DNA of 64,000 bases, taken from NCBI GenBank assembly GCA_964016885.1, contig OZ024746.1, forward strand, positions 2,294,001 to 2,358,000, read 5' to 3'. The stretch's first letter is position 1; each line of letters opens with the position of its first letter. The notes under the pieces are model-generated. The model did no database searches, had not been told where the DNA came from, and saw only the letters and a list, made by a program, of their open reading frames with translations. The position numbers and the translations under genes were made by a program. Positions 62,029 to 64,000 of the stretch are shown here, piece after piece. Source of the stretch: Eledone cirrhosa (taxonomy: Eukaryota).

Positions 62029-62460
62029 ACAGTATTGGTAGCGGGTAGGATGTCATGCTTTGATGCATAGAGTTACGGCCCTTGCCATTCTGAGTTCAAA
62101 TCCCCCAAGGTTAACTTTGCCTTTCATCCTTATAGGGTCGATAAAATAAAGTACCAGTAACGCACTGGGTAATTGCTGGCCTTGTGTCTAAAGTAGAAAC
62201 AATTTGTTATCTTTTATAATGTATCTACATGTGTTTCCTAGTTTATTAACATCGATCATTATTATTATTTTGGCAGTATTGGTAGAGCGTCGGACACCCT
62301 GCTTCGTGGTATAGAGTTACAACCCTTTATGTTCTGAGTTCAAATCCAGCTGAGGTTAGCTTTACCTTTCATCCTTACAGTGTTGGTAAAATAAAGTATC
62401 AGTCATGCACTGGGGTCGATTTAATCAACTTTCCCCTCCCCCCAAATCAGAAACCATTAT
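62029..62460 (+). mobile_element. Two tandem SINE family A copies (62029-62203, 62272-62460)
   Basis: Both have cagtattggtag.., ttctgagttcaaatcc and cctttcatcctta..aaaataaagta. Confidence 0.85.
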
Positions 62461-63652
62461 TATTTAGTTAGAAGAGAAAGCCCCCAACGTTGTAAACTAT
62501 CAGCAAGTGTCCCAGCATGATACAACTGAAATGGTAGAGAAACGTCCAGGGTTAAATGTAGGGCAATATTTACTACTTTATTTTCAAGCTCAGAATTAAA
62601 ATCTTGCTAGAGTTGACTCTGTTCCTTCACTGAGCGGAGGTCAATAAATTACCAGTACTAGTAATATACTGGTGTTGATTCAATTCAATCTACACTGTAT
62701 TTTCTTTGAAAATTTGCAGCTTTACTGCTAAAGTTAGAGATCAATATTTTCCTGCACTAAACATACACAGTATACTATTTTGTAGATGATATAAGAGATA
62801 GTTGTTACTCATTCATCAAATGACTTTAAATACTATTAGGAAAAAAAAAAAAAAAAAAAAAAAATCATATATCGGCAGTGGAGATAGTTTAGGTTTATTT
62901 AAAGACTTAGATGGTGAATTAAAAAGATAAAGTGAAACAAAAATATTTTTAATGAGGATATAAAATATTTTGTTCTTGTGATTTTGCAATTTTTGTAAGT
63001 GTTTGACATGCTTATAGGAAGTTTCTAAAATATTCTAGGATATTGCTCATGATAATGTTTGTTCAACAGTTTTAAAATGCTTCTGATACTAACAGAATTA
63101 TGAAAAATGTAATATTGCATTGAATAACATATTTTCCATCTCTTTAAGAGTATAACTATTTTTAATGAAGAAAATGTGGTCTCCCAACTTTTCTAGAATG
63201 ACAGTGGTTCTGATTAGGTTCTGTAAACAATGACATTCTCTGACAACAATAAAATATCCCCCCCCCCTCACCCAATAAAGACAGAAATATGTTAACAATG
63301 ACATTGGTTCTTAGCTTGTTATCTTTGAAGAAAGACAGGTAGCCAAGTTACTACACACGTGGTAGCAAAACCACATGGAAGCAGAAAAAGAGGTGGAAAA
63401 AAAAAGAGCAACAGAGAGATTGACAAGTCTTAGATGCTGCTGTTGTCCTCAGAATTGTCAGAGGATATCATCCTCTGACAAGAAGGTGACTCAGAGCCTG
63501 AGGAACCCTGGTCCCAAACCATAATCAATGGTAAGGACCCAGCCAACCCATGAAAGCATGGAAAAATGAACATAAAAATGATGATGATATCATGGAATAT
63601 TCCAGTAAAATTGCTGGCCTTGTGCCTAAATTAGAAACCATTATCATGATTA

Positions 63653-63845
63653 GGCAGTATCAGTAGAGGGTTGGACGCCATGTTTTGCAGCAAAGAGTTA
63701 TGGCCCTTTATGGTCTGAGTTCAAATCTCGCCGAGGTTAACTTTGCCTTTCATCTTTACGGGGTCGATAAAATAAAATACCAGTAATACACTGGGATAAT
63801 TGCTGGCATTGTGCCTAAAGTAGAAACAATTATTATTATTATTAG
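63653..63845 (+). mobile_element. SINE family A, well-preserved copy with (ATT)n tail
   Basis: ggcagtatcagtagag..tctgagttcaaatc..gcctttcatctttacggggtcgataaaataaaataccag..tagaaacaattattatt. Confidence 0.85.
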
Positions 63846-64000
63846 TAGGAGTAACAGAAAGTCAGTGACATAATATTACTGACATTCCACACATGCATGC
63901 TTTACAAGTAGTAGTAGTAGCAGCAGCATTAGTAGTAGTAGCAGCAGCCGTAGAAGTAGTAGTCTTATATTGGATCCATTATATTAAAGATAGAAGCTTT

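Overview
This is AT-rich, repeat-dominated animal genomic DNA. The SINE/LINE types and (TA)n/(ATG)n microsatellites suggest an octopus or other coleoid cephalopod (inference). It is not prokaryotic and has no CRISPR array, rRNA or tRNA gene. Most of the window is intron of one minus-strand gene that the ORF track misses. Four 120-123 nt phase-1/phase-1 exons each encode one calcium-binding EGF domain (59833-59955, 59088-59207, 44175-44294, 41176-41295). An in-phase non-EGF exon follows (23591-23747), then a more doubtful one (16266-16402). About 23 kb is minisatellite: 22-bp x ~240, ~62-bp x 8, 50-bp x ~32, 42-bp x 5, 23-bp x 99, 46-bp x ~135 and 45-bp x ~160. All giant ORFs are artefacts of these arrays. 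The rest is decayed transposons: a Tx1/L1-clade LINE, RTE, R4/Dong, CRE, CR1 and Penelope-like fragments, a Tc1 fossil, two hAT MITEs (one with a nested Helitron) and many SINEs. The main signals are: (1) three large arrays appear to be amplified adjacent slices of one central segment of an RTE-tailed SINE family; (2) higher-order repeat structure is forming inside the arrays; (3) a CpG-rich 260-bp intronic island is tiled by back-to-back short hairpins; (4) fold-back inverted repeats sit at both ends of an RTE insertion. All alignments and counts were done by eye, and TE boundaries are approximate.
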